Assembly: GCF_004010195.1 (NCBI RefSeq)
Contig: NC_057720.1
Coordinates: 5,801,086 to 5,865,085 of the forward strand
Origin: Chiloscyllium plagiosum
Taxonomy: Eukaryota
DNA: 64,000 bases
Direction of reading: 5' to 3'
Positions 25,712-37,974 of the stretch are shown here, piece after piece. Under the pieces are notes generated by a model that did no database searches, was not told where the DNA came from, and worked only from the letters and a program-made list of their open reading frames with translations. How positions within the stretch are numbered: the first letter of the stretch is position 1; every line of letters starts with the position of its first letter. Position numbers and translations under genes: made by a program.

Positions 25712-27540
25712 CATAGACATCGGAGCAGAAATTAGGCCATTCGGCCCATTGAGATTGCTTCACCATTCAATCATGCTTGACACGTTTCTCACCCCCATTC
25801 TCCTGCTTTCTCTCCATAACCCTTGATCCCCTTGGTACTCAAGAACCTATCTATTTCCAACTTAAATATACTCAATGACCTGGCCTCCACAGCCTTCTGT
25901 GGTATTGAATTCCATTGATTCCCCACTCTCTGGTTGAAGAAGTTTCTCCTTATCTCCATTCTAAAAGATCTTCCCTTTATTCTAAGGCTGGGCCCTCGGG
26001 TCCTAGTCTCTCCTACCAATGGAAAACCTTCCCAACATCTGCACTGTGCAGGCCTTTCAGTATTCTGTATGTTTCAGTTGGATCCCCCCCCCCAATCCTT
26101 CTTAACTCCATTGAGTATAGACCCAGAGCCCTCAAAAGTTCCTCATATGTTCAGCCTTTCATTCCTGGGATCATACTCAGGAACCTCCTCTGAACCCACT
26201 CCAGGGCCAATACAACTTTCCTGAAGTCTGGGCCCACAATTGCTCACAATACCCCAAATGTGGTTTGACCACAGCCTTATAGAGCCTCAGAAGTATACCC
26301 CTGCTTTTATATTGTAGTGCTGTTGAGATGAATGACAACATTGTATTTGTCTTCCTCAATTACTGACTCAACCTGCAAGTTTACCTTGAGACAATCACGG
26401 ACTAGAACTCCCAAATCCCTCTGCACTTCAGATTTCTGAATTTTCTCCCCATTTAAAAAACATCGATGCTTCTATTCTTCCTACCAAAGTGCATGACCTC
26501 ACACTTCCCCACATTGTACTTCATCTGCCACTTCTTTGCCCACTCTCCTAATGTGTCCAAATCCTTCTGCGGCCTTCCCACCTCCCCAATTCTACCTGTC
26601 TTCTACCTACCTTTGTACTGTCTGAAAACCTAGCCAGAATGCCCTCAGTTTCTTCATCTAGATCGTTAATGAATAAAGTGAAAAGTTGTGGCCCCCACAC
26701 TGAGCCTTGCGGAACACCACTTGTCACCAATTGCCATCCTAAGAAGACTCTTTTATCCCACTCTCTGCTTTCTGCCAGACAGCCAAGCTTCTATCCATGC
26801 TAGAAACTTGCCTCTAATACCATTGGCCCTTATCTTACTCAGCAGTCTCCTGGGCAGCACCTTGTCAAAGCCCTTCTGGAAATCCAGATAGATGACATTC
26901 ATTGGGTCTCCTTGATCTGAACTGCTCACTATCTCCTTAAAGAGTTCTAATAGATTTGTCAGGCATGACCTCTCCTTCATGAAACCATGCTGACTTTGCC
27001 CTATTTTACCATGCACTTCCAAGTATTCAGAAAGCTCATCCTTCACATTGGATTCCAAAATCTTACCAGCAACAAAGGTCAGCCTATAATTTCCCATCTT
27101 TGCCTTACTCCCTTTTTAAACAGGGGGTTTACATCAGCAATTTTCCAGTCCTGGGACCCTCCTTGACTCTTGTGATTCCTAAAAGATCACCACTAACACT
27201 TCCGCTTCCTCTTCAACTATCTCCTTCAGATTATGTGATGTAGTCCATCTGGTCCAGGCAATTTATCCACCTTCAGCGCTGTCAGTTTTTCTAGCACCTT
27301 TGCCTTGGTGATGGCCCCTATACTCACTCCTGCCTCCCGACTCTCTTGAATTTTTCGGATATTGTCTTCCACTGTGAAGACTGACACAAAGTACTTACTC
27401 AATTCTTCTGCCATTTCTTTGTGTCCCATTACTACTTCTCCAGCATCACTTTTCAGTGGCCCAATGTCCATTTTTGCTTTTCTTTTGCCCTTCATGTATC
27501 TAAAGAAGGTCTTGCAAACTTCTTTTATATTACTGGCTAG
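25712..27540 (-). mobile_element. CR1 LINE ORF2 3' half (degraded)
   Basis: KVDKLPGPDGLH, GNYR, QSQHGFMK, YLDFQKGFDKV, VTSGVPQGSV, LYKAVVKPHLGYCEQ. Confidence 0.92.
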
Positions 27541-27732
27541 AAGAAGAGTCAATGGACTTGAAATTGCAACTCTGTTTTCTGTCATGGAGTCATAGAGTTA
27601 AACAACATGTAAACAGACCCTTCAGTCCAACTCGTCCATGCTGACCAAGTTTTCCAAACTAACTTAGTTCCATTTACCTGCTTTTGGCCCATATACCTCT
27701 AAACCTTTCCTATTCCTGTGCCAATTCAAGTG

Positions 27733-28186
27733 TTTGATTTGATTTGATTTGATTTATTATTGTCACATGTACCTCGGTACAGTGAAAAGTTTTGTTCCAC
27801 ATGCAATACAGGCAGGTCATATAGCATAAAGGTCGTAGGGTAAAAGAACAGAGCGAGGAATACAATGTTACAGCTGTAGGGAAAGTGCACAAAATATGAG
27901 ATCAACATTAAATTTAAAATTTAAGAGGACCATTCAGAAGTCTAATAACAGCAGGGAAGGAGCTGTTCTTAAATCTATTCATGCATGTAAACTACAAATC
28001 TTCTGCCCAATGGAAGATGGTAGAAGAGTGTATAATCGGGGTAGGAGGGGTCTTTGTTCCTATTGGTTGCTTTCCTGAAGCAGCCGGAAGTATAAACAAT
28101 GTTAATGGATGGACTGGGCTGTGTTCAAAACTTTTCACTGTACCTCGGCACATCAATCAAATCAAATCACATCAAATCAAATCAAA
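27733..28186. mobile_element. Rex1/Babar-type 3' end with tails at both ends
   Basis: (TTTGA)n-TTTATTATTGTCACATGTACC..CAGTGAAAAGTTTTG on the left, CAAAACTTTTCACTGTACC-(ATCAA)n on the right; flanks AAGTGTT. Confidence 0.75.
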
Positions 28187-29984
28187 GTGTTCCCACTTTT
28201 GGAAGCACAAAGATTCAGAGAACACAGGTTTGAAATCTTTGGTAAAAGAAGCAAAAGGATATTTAATGAAGGTCCAATTTCTTACATATCTTGCAGTCAG
28301 TAAAGCTGCTGTAGTCCCACTCTCTCATCAGATTGCGGTTTAACCTGAGGGTCAGCATGTGTCAGGCAAGGAGACTGTCCACCAACATCACCTCAGCTGG
28401 CGGAGGAACTGAACCCAACCTGGTAGCACTACTCTGTGGAGGGTGCCAAAAGAGATGCTTCGCCTGACGAAGATTGTGATTTCAAAAAAAACCTGGTGTT
28501 GTGTGACTTCTGACCTTGTCCAACACTGGCACCTCCACATCTGTGGAGTAAGGCAGCTGTCTAGCCAACTGAGCTAACCCACCATCTTACAGTAGGCCCA
28601 CCACTTCAAAAACATCTGATTGGCTATAAAGGGCTTGGAGCACACTGGTGACCGTGCAAGGTGCTACACAAATGCAAGTCCTTCTTTCTTTCCATTTTGA
28701 TTGCTAAATGAGGGGAGCCCGTCATTCCTGAAGTGAGAAATGCTGTGCTCTTTAGTAATCTCCCAGCATCATTTGTGTGTCCTGGTGAAAAGTTCCAAAG
28801 AAATCACGTTCAGCTCTCGGTCGCACAATCACCGTTTGTTCCATAACCCTGGCTTCTTATCAACATTCTGGTGGTAATGGACTGGGGATGTTCTAAGAGC
28901 CCTGGGAAAATAGACATCACTGTTCCTGCAAACATTAGGCTTCCAATAACTCCTGACAACTTTGGGAATTTATATTAAAATGACGCAGTCAAAAATACTG
29001 AAGCGTATTAGTTTTGTTCTTTGTGGGCAATGGTTGTAATTTTGAAAAAGCAGTGGACTCTTCAACCAACATATTTGCACCTGTTGAAATTTCCATCGCT
29101 TTTTCAGAGGTTAAGTTGACAGAAAAATAGATTTGTATCTCCCAGAGCTACCTGTGGCCTGCCATTTCCTCACTAACAGTGTATCTAAGGTGCATTACTC
29201 TAATCTCTTTGATTATGAAGTGCTGAAAGATTTTCCCTTTTACTGCATTCTCTAAGATTCTTGTGTTGCAATATTATGTGCACAATTGATTTCCAAATCC
29301 AGCATTTTGGTGTTTAAGAAGAAAGGATGTCCTGTGTGTCTGACAATTCTTCATCCGTAGCCCATTACATATTCACCAGAAAACAGCATTTTGTCTGTAA
29401 AAGGTACAGGGAAAGAAAACAACAAACACATTCTGAATAAGACTTGTACCATTTCCTCTCACTGATTTTTAATCTGCTGCCTGTTTGTATCTTAAAAAAA
29501 AAGCTTTATTTAAGATTTATTTATTCCTCGATGGCTCTGATACACTGTTGAAATAGATGAACTGACAGCCAATTGTCGAGATTAAAGCTGTTCTTTTTTG
29601 GAGCACCACCATTTATGTCTCTGCACAACATTTATTTCTGTAAACAATATGGAATAATAGTGCACTTTGTTTCCCAGCCAAATCAGGAAGGATTTTGCAC
29701 TTGTTAGGATTTTTCAAGATACGTTCAGCTCTGCTGCAGTATCAGTGCCATCACAGACCTTCTGCTGTGAAGCCTCAACATTTGACACTTTACGTTGCCA
29801 TAAAGGTAAATCTACCACTACCTAACCAGACCATGGCACTGCTTGCTCATTACAGAGAGGGCCAAGAGTCACCACACCTCAGGGAAGGGGAGAGGTTGAG
29901 AAAGAGAGTCCTCCACGGCCATCTCAGCAGGAATCGAACCCACTCTGTGTTACAGGCCAGGTACTCAATTAAGCTAACCATTGC

Positions 29985-31900
29985 AGGAGCCACTTTTGGA
30001 ATACTGCATTCAATTCTGGTCTCCAGAAAAGATGTTAACCTTGAAAGGGTGCAGAAAAGATCTACAAGGATGTTGCTGGGGTTGGAGGGATAGAACTATA
30101 GGGAGAGGTTGAATAGGCTGGGACTATTTTCTCCGGAGCGTCAGAGGCTGAGGGGTGACCTTATAGAGGTTTATAAAATCATGAGGGGCATGGAGAGGGT
30201 AAATGGACAAAGTCTTTTCCCTGCGGCGGGGAGTCCAGAACTAGAGGCCATAGGTTTAGGTGAGAGGGGGAAGATATAAAGAACAACTTTATCACGCAGA
30301 GGGTGGTGTGTGTATGGAGCAAGCTGCCAGAGGAAGTGGTGGAGGCTGGTATAATGACAGCATTTAAAAGGCATCTGGATGGGGATATGAATAGGAAAGG
30401 TTTAGAGGGACATGAGCCAAATGCTGGCAAATGGGACTAGATTAATTTAGGATATCATGGACGAGTTGGCATGGACGAGTTGGACTGAAGGGTCTGTTTC
30501 CGTGCTGTACAGCTCTGTGACTCTAAGTGCAGCAAGGGTTAATCTCTGACTGCAGAAAGCTACCGCACAGAAAGTTTTGGGAGATCCTGTCCATGAATCA
30601 CAAAATAAAATGTTCAGATCAAAGTTCAGCAAGTAATATGAAAGATAAATGGAATGTTGGCCTTTATTTCAAAGGGGATGGAGCATCAAAGTGAAGAGTT
30701 TGGTTGAAATTATACAAGACACTAGCCAGACCACACATGGAATACTCTGAACAGTTTTGGGTCACTTATCTAGGGAAAGATAGACTGGCATTGGAGGCAG
30801 TCCAGAGATGGCTCACTCGGCTGATATCAGCTGTGGAAGGACTGTCTTATGAGGAGAGGTTGAGTAGGTTGGGCCTGTACTTGTTGGAATATTGAAGAAT
30901 GAAAGGACTTGACAGGGTAGATGTAGAAAGGTTCTTTTCCCTCTGTAGGATCGTAGGGTACAATCTCAGAACAAGGTGTCATGCAATTCCCATAGAGATG
31001 AGGGAGAGCTTCTTCTCTCAGAGGGGGGTGAATCTGTGGAATTCTTTACTGCAGAGAGCTGTCAAAGCTGGATCATGCAGTACACTCAATGATGAGCAAG
31101 AAAGAGTTTTAATCAGTGAGGGGGGAGGATCAAGGATTATGGGAAAAAGGCAGGAAGTTGAGGATTATCAGATCAGCCATGACCTCATTGAAAGACGGAG
31201 CAAGTTTGATGGGCTGAATGGCCTATTTTTACTATTTCCCATGGTCTTATGGTATAAGAGTGCAGCTCCTCCTCCGTATTCCACAGGAATGTCAACCTAA
31301 GTTTGAACAGGAAAACATAAGAGCTAGGAGCAGGAATAGGCCATTCAGCCCCTTGGGCCTACCTTGTCATTCAATACGATCATGGCTGATCTCACCTTGG
31401 CCTCAACTACACTTCCCTGCCTACTCTCCATAACCCTTCAACTGATTAAAAATCTGTCTATCTCCACCTTAAATTTACTCGTTGTTCCACCACACTCTGG
31501 GCGAGTGAATTCCACAAATTCATGACACTTTGAGAGAAGTAATTTCTCCTCATCTCAGTTTTAAATCTGTTCTCCATCCTAAAACTACGAGCTCTTGTTC
31601 TGGATTGCCCTACATGAGAGAACATCCAATCTATGTCTACTTTGTCAATCCCCTTTGCTATCTTAGATCTCCTGCTCAAGCTCTTCTCAAAGACCAAGGC
31701 CCCCCAGCTCTGGAATCAATCAGTGAATGTTCTCTGAACTGCCTCCAAGGAAATTGCATCTCTCCTCAAGTAACAGGACCCAAGTTTTACACAATACTAC
31801 AGGTGCAGTCTCACTAATGCCTTGTAGAATTGTAGCAGCCCTTCCCTACTTTTATACTCTATTCCTTTAGCAATAAATGCCAGCATTCCAATTGCCTTCT
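29985..31900. mobile_element. Cluster of three CR1 3' fragments (+29985-30525, +30530-31255, -31310-31900)
   Basis: LERVQKRSTRML; KLYKTLARPHMEYSEQFW...YEERLSRLGLY; characteristic tails. Confidence 0.85.
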
Positions 31901-32751
31901 TTCGCTCTTGCATATTAGTTTGCTGTGGAGTTCAGATCATGTGCCCAAGTATCGAGAGTGGGGTTTGAACCCATAACCCTCTACTCCATGAGCAAGAGTC
32001 AGTGGAAACATATTGCAGATACTGTCCGCATTCCCATGAAGTTACGTGATTGGAATCATTTATATAATTCTAAACTTTATTTTCTGTTTTTATTGAAATC
32101 TATTTCATCAAACGAAATGGATTGGTGTAAATTTGATTAATTCCGGGACAGGGTATTGTAAAACCGATGAAAGGTTACAGTCTGAAATGTTAACACTGTT
32201 TAATTTTTTCCACAGATGATGCCAGAATTGCCATTTCTGATTGTATTTCAAATGTCCAGTCTGCAAAATATTTTGTGCTTATTAAACATGCACATCCTTC
32301 TAGTCTGTAGAACCCAGACACAGAATATAACATGAACAAAAAAAAATAACTGGATCACAACATTTGGATAGACCTTAGCAAGCTACCTTTAACAGTTTGT
32401 CAAACTGCCACAGGGAAATAAATTGGTTTCAATTGGTCCCCTCTTGTTAATATTTAGAAATATTTTTTCATGAATTGGTGAAAAATCAATTTCCTTCTGC
32501 TATAGTTTGTTGGTTTTAACCAGTGATTGCAGTACATGGTTGGAAACCTAAAGGTGTCACTCTGCCTATATAGATCGAGCTCCGAAATTCGCTGTAACAG
32601 AACAGACTCTCAATGACTAACATTTGGATTTCAACACATTGTGCTTTGTCAGTATGTGTGTTTATATGTGTATGTGTGTGTGCAAGTATGTGTGTATGAG
32701 CATTTATGTAGTTACATGGTTGGAAACCTAAAGGTATCACTCTGTGTTTAA

Positions 32752-33086
32752 GGGCAGCACAGTGGCTCAGTGGTTAGCACGGCTGCCTAACAGTACCAGG
32801 GATCCGGGTTCAATCCCAGCCTCAGGTGACTGCTCTGTGTAGAGTTTGCATGTTCTCCCAATGTCTGTATGGGTTTCCTCCAGGTCCTCTGGTTTCCTCC
32901 CACAGTCCAAAGATATGCAGGCCAGGTAAATTGGCCATGCTAAATTGCTCCGTTGTGTAGGTTAGGCACATTAATCAGGGGTAAATGTAGGATAATAGGG
33001 TAGGGGAATGGGTCTGGTTGGGTTACTTCTCAGAGGGTCGGTGTGGACATTCTAGGCTGAAGGGACTGTTTCCACACTGTAATGAT
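32752..33086 (+). mobile_element. HE1-type SINE
   Basis: GGGCAGCACAGTGGCTCAGTGGTTAGCAC head, core and tail. Confidence 0.9.
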
Positions 33087-33095
33087 CCTTCTTCT

Positions 33096-33600
33096 TGTGT
33101 GTAATTGTGTGTGAGTGTATGTGTGTTATTGTGAGATTGCATGACTGTTTGTGGGGTGTATCAATATGTAGGAGTGTGCATTTGAGTGTCTGTGTGTGCG
33201 CATTTATGTATGTATGTGGGTATGCGAGTGTAAGAGTTTGTGTGAGAGCATGTGTGCGTGAGCAAGTGTTTCTGTGTGGTGGTGTGCTTGTTTATGCGTG
33301 TGCATGGCAGTGTGTGTGAAGAAGAGTGTGTGTGTCTGAATGTGGTCATTCATGTGTAGGTGGGTGAGTGAGAATGTGAGCATGTGTGTGTGTGCAAAGA
33401 GGTGTGTGAGTGCGAGAATGAGTCTGAGTAAATTAATGTTTGTGAGTGTGTATTTAGGTGTGTGAGTGTGAACATGTGAGTGAGTGAGCGTGTGTGAATG
33501 TGGGTGTTTACATGAGAGTGCGTATGTGTATGTGTGTTTCTGAGCATGAGTGTGTGATTTTGAGAGTAAGAGTATTTGCATGAGTTTAAGTGTGAGTGTG
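33096..33600. repeat. Degenerate (TG)n-rich low-complexity tract
   Basis: About 500 bp dominated by TG/TGTA/TGAG units. Confidence 0.9.
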
Positions 33601-34369
33601 CTTTTCATAGTCCATTTATTCCCTTTTTTCTCACCCTATTCTCTTTCAGATTTCTGTTTATTCGCTAATTTATTTCTATTATCTTATGACTGAACGTGTG
33701 CCTTTGGGAAACAAAATAAGCCTAGCATTATGAATCATTTAATTGTGTGTCGATCTATCTATCTAGCTATCTATCTATCTGTCAGTGAGACACGGTGTTT
33801 TGACTTTCATTATGATAATTATCTTGAGCTGACTTCTGAGCAGCAAACCAGCCACCCACACATTCTGGGCTTAATTACTTCTGACTACAACTTTCCCAAT
33901 AAAATGTTGACTCCTTTCAGGCATGAATGAGCTCACTGTCATCTCAGTCCAGACGTGTTTTTGAGTTGTGAGTCTAAGAGCAGGTGTAGGTTTGTAGAGG
34001 GCGGCTGATGGTCTGTCTCAGCCAATCATTGAAGGATTGACTCATGGAAGCAGCAACTTATCCAGAGCTTTGAGACACATTGTACTAAACAATAGATTGT
34101 ATGTGATTGTTGGGCTGTGTAATTTGAGCCTGCGATTGTACAAGTCCTTGAGCCAACCTTAGCACATCCCTCCTTACAATTGCAACCTTTAACATAATAT
34201 TTGGCTATGATGTTGAGTTGATGACAGACACCTAAAGATTTTGAAGGACCCCCTCATAAGAACAGGATATAATGCTCAAGTCATTGATTGCCAGTTCCAA
34301 TGTGCTACAGTGAAAAACTGCAACGTCCTCCTCAGAAGACAGACACAGGATACGACCAACAGATACGAC

Positions 34370-35580
34370 TTCTGGATGTAAGTTTGCTCACTGAGCTGGA
34401 AGGTTTGTTTTCCAACGTTTCGTGATGATATAAGGTAACATCATCAGTGATCCTCTGGCAAAGCACTTTCTATTTATGTGTTTAGGTTTCCTTGAGCCGA
34501 CAATGTCATTTCCTGTGTTGGTGATGTCATTTCCTGTTTGGTGATGTCATTTCCTGTTCTTTTTCTCAGTGGGTGTGAGATGGGATCCAAATCGATGTTC
34601 CTGTTGATAGCCTTCTGGTTGGAATGCCATGCTTCTAGGAATTTTCGTGCGTGTATGGCCGACTTGTCCAAGGATGAATGTGTTGTCCCAGTCAAAGTAG
34701 TGTCCTTCCTCATCTGTATGTAAGGATACTAGTGAGAATGGGTCATGTCTTTTTGTGGCTAGTTGATATTCATGTGTCCTGGTGGCTAGTTTTCTGCCTA
34801 TTTGTCCGATGTAGTGTTTGCACAGCATATTCAAAAAGAATGGGTACCCTATGAACACAGTCTGCTGATTTCTCAGCAACAGAACCAAACAAGCAGACAA
34901 AACTCTTCCAGAAACCCTAGCCACACTCCCCTACATTGAACACGTATTGGAAGTGACTGCCAGACTACTCAGACCCCTTGGCATTATGGTAGCCCACAAA
35001 CCCACCAACACAGTAAAACAGCAGCTAATGAACTTGAAAGATCCTACACAGATAACAAGCAAAACTAATGTCTTTTGCAAAGTACCGTACAAGGACTGTT
35101 ACAAACACTACATCAGACATACAGGCAGAAAACTAGGCACCAGGATACATAAACATCAACTACTCACAAAAAGACCCACTCTCACTAGTATCTTTACATA
35201 CAGATAAGGAAGGACACCACTTTGACTGGGACAACACATCCATCCTAGGATAAGCCAAACAGAGACAAGCACAAGAATTCCTAGAAGCATGGCATTCCAA
35301 CCGGAAATCTATGAACAAACACATTGATTTGGACCCCACCTATCACTCTCTGAGAAAAAGAACAGGAAATGACATTATCAACACATGAAATGACATCATC
35401 AACACATGAAATGACATCTTCAACCCAAGGAAACCATAAAACATAAATAGAACGTGGAGGCTCACTGATGATGTTACCTAGTATGGTGAAGAAACTTCTG
35501 AAAGTGAACCTTCCAGCTCAGCGAACAAACTTATATCCAGAGTCTCAACTTGAGCTACAGATCTTCTCAAAACTTGCTAG
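34370..35580. mobile_element. Penelope-like family B, head-to-head inverted insertion
   Basis: Minus arm 34823 to 34370: CKHYIGQIGRKLATRTHE...FLEAWH; plus arm 34823-35580: KNGYP...LPYI...KHYI..TGRKL...EFLEAWH; hammerhead motif near both outer ends. Confidence 0.9.
35462..35501 (+). ncRNA. Hammerhead ribozyme motif (PLE family B, partly mutated)
   Basis: UCA-CUGAUGA-U-GUUACC-UAGUAU-GGUGAA-GAAA-CUUC^UGA; minus-strand sister at 34412-34450 reads UCACUGAUGAUGUUACC...CACGAAACGUU. Confidence 0.6.
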
Positions 35581-36805
35581 ATTTCCCTTCACCGTCCAAT
35601 ACTTCCCCAGAGTGGAGAGACTATGCCATGTTCTTCACAGCCTTCAACATGTCATCGATGATGATGAACATCTTGGCAAGATCATCCCTATACCTCCACT
35701 TCATGCCTTCAAACAACCGCCAAACCTTAAACAGACTATCGTTCTCAGCAAACTGCCCAGCCTTCAGGACAACATCAACCACAACACCACACAACCCTGT
35801 CATGGCAACCACTGCAAGACATGTCAGATCATTGACATGGATACTACCATCACATGCGGGAATACCCCCTACCAGGCAGGTACTCATGTGACTCGGTCAA
35901 CGTCTATCTCATATGCTGCAGGCAAGGATGCACTGAGGCATGGTATATTGGCAAAACCAAGCAGACGCTATGACAACGGATGAATGGATGCTGTGCAACA
36001 ATCACCAGACAGGAATATTCCCTCCCAGTCAGGGAACACATCAGTGGTCAGGGACATTCAGCCTCCGATTTTCTGGTGAGCGTCCTCCAAAGTGGCCTTC
36101 GAGATACAAACATGAAACCACCGAGCAGAAACGGATAGCCAACTTCCATACCCATGAAGATGGCCTTAACCTTGATCTTAGGTTCATGTCGCGCAACATG
36201 TGACCTCACCACACTGTTCTGTATCTGTAAAATCTTCCTCACTGTCCTGTTTTAACATCATCACCTTGATAACCTGTTATGATCTCTCCACCTTAATTAG
36301 TTTGTACAGTTTTGGATTACTTGTTACTTTGGTTAGACCCTCGACATGTGACTCTTACACCTAACATGTTATTCCAGTCATTTGTTCTGTCTCCAGCACC
36401 ACCTTATTTTTAATTTTTTTGTAATTATCTCTCCGCCTTAATTAATCCACTTCCAGGTCATCCCTTCACTTGTTATTCAGCTGTTGACACTTTACTCACA
36501 CCGCTCACACTCTTGCTCCCCCGTAAGGACTTAGTATTCAACACTCCTCTCACACTAACTATATGATCTTTTAATCTCACTGCCCATAAACTCTGTGTCT
36601 GTGTGCTCTTCTCTCTCTCTTCACCCGATGAAGGGAGAGTGCTATGAAAGCACGTGATTTCAAATAACCTAGTGTCACGTGACTTCTGACTTTGATAACA
36701 TTTGGCCTTTTTGAATGAACTGTGGGTGGCTTAAACATGTCTATTATTCCTCTCGGAGATTGGATGTCACTGGCTGGGGCATTGTAGTGAGATGTTCTAT
36801 TTCAA

Positions 36806-36972
36806 GATTTGGAGATGCCGGTGTTGGACTGGGGTGGACAAAGTTAAAATTCACACATCAACAGGTTATAGTCCAACAGGTTTAATTGGAAGCACTAGGT
36901 TTCACGACACTCCGAAAGTTAGTGCTTCCAATTAAACCTGCTGGACTATGACCTGGTGTTGTGTGATTTTTA
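36806..36972. mobile_element. PLE family C fold-back mini-element
   Basis: Inverted arms; perfect TSD ATGTTCTATTTCAA at 36792-36805 and 36973-36986. Confidence 0.88.
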
Positions 36973-36994
36973 ATGTTCTATTTCAATGAGCTGA

Positions 36995-37466
36995 TACGTT
37001 GTCAAACTTGAAAGGGTTCAGAAAAGATTCACAAGGATACTGCCCGAGTTGAAGGGTTTGAGCTTTAGGGAGAGGCTGAATAGGTCTGGGCTGTTTTCCC
37101 TGGAGTGTTGGAGGCTGAGGAGCATAGATAGGGTGAATAGCCAAAGTCTTTTCTCCAGGGTAGGGTAAGAGAGTCCAAAACGAGAGGGCATAGGTTTAAG
37201 ATGAGAAGAGCAAGGTTTAAAAGAGTCCGAAGGGGCAACTTTCTCACACAGAGGGTGGTGTGTGCATGGAATGAGCTGCCAGAGGAAATGGTGGAGGTTG
37301 GTACAATTACAACATTTAAAAGGCATCTGGATGGATATATGAATAGGAAGGGTTTAGAGGGGTATGGGCCAATTGTTGGCAAAAGGGACTAGATTAGGTT
37401 AGGATATCCGGTCAGCATGGACAAGTTGGACCGAATGGTCTGTTTTCATGGTGTACATCCTTATGA
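36995..37466 (+). mobile_element. CR1 (HER1-like) 3' fragment
   Basis: KLERVQKRFTRIL; NFLTQRVVCAWNELPEEMVE. Confidence 0.88.
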
Positions 37467-37974
37467 CAAATGCCTCTATGTCAGTAGCTAGGGTCATGAC
37501 TTCATGATTGCTAGCAGGACAACTCATAATGAGATGAGGAGAAACTTCCTTTATCAGAGAGTTGTTAGGATTTGGAATGCACTCTCTGGGAGAGCGGAGG
37601 AGACAGATTCCATAGGAATTTCAAAAGAGAGCTGGCTATATATTTGAAAGTGATGAATTTTGAGGGCTATGTAGATAGGGCTGGAGAGTGGGGCAAGCTG
37701 GATAGCTCTTTCGGGAGCTTTAAAGACATGATGGACTGAACAGCCTCCTGCTGTATTGTAAATTTTTTTGATTTTAATTGTCCTTGAGAAGATAGTGATC
37801 AGATGTTTGAAAAGCTGAGGCCATTAAAATTCCTAACATATCGATGAACGACCATTAAGTTGTGGCTTCCAGATGTGTTACTGACAAAATCTACAGCCCA
37901 GGGGCAAACCACTCAATAGATCCGGCCTAACTGGTCTATATTGTGTATTCCTGTTGTTCCAAATGGATGTTGGG

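Larger units (their letters stand above)
34221..36695 (+). mobile_element. Penelope-like element family C (post-RT region, GIY-YIG, 3' UTR), split by a family B insertion
   Basis: 34221-34365 HLKILKDPLIRTGY...LLRRQTQDTTNR continues at about 35585 PFTVQYFP...PCHGNHCKTC...WYIGKT...THEDGLN; degenerate hammerhead and family C terminus at 36620-36695. Confidence 0.85.

Noticed and set aside
33095..33608. His/Thr-rich and Cys/Val-rich ORFs (also ER repeats at 59020-59314)
   Set aside because: They are translations of TG and CT microsatellite tracts.
33998..34045. GC-box, CCAAT and AP-1 motif cluster as a promoter
   Set aside because: Short motifs occur by chance; there is no CpG island or downstream exon support.
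35375..35425. Short tandem repeats (AACACATGAAATGACATC) as a CRISPR-like array
   Set aside because: Only 2-3 units with no unique spacers; they are internal repeats of the PLE family B UTR, mirrored at 34500-34560.
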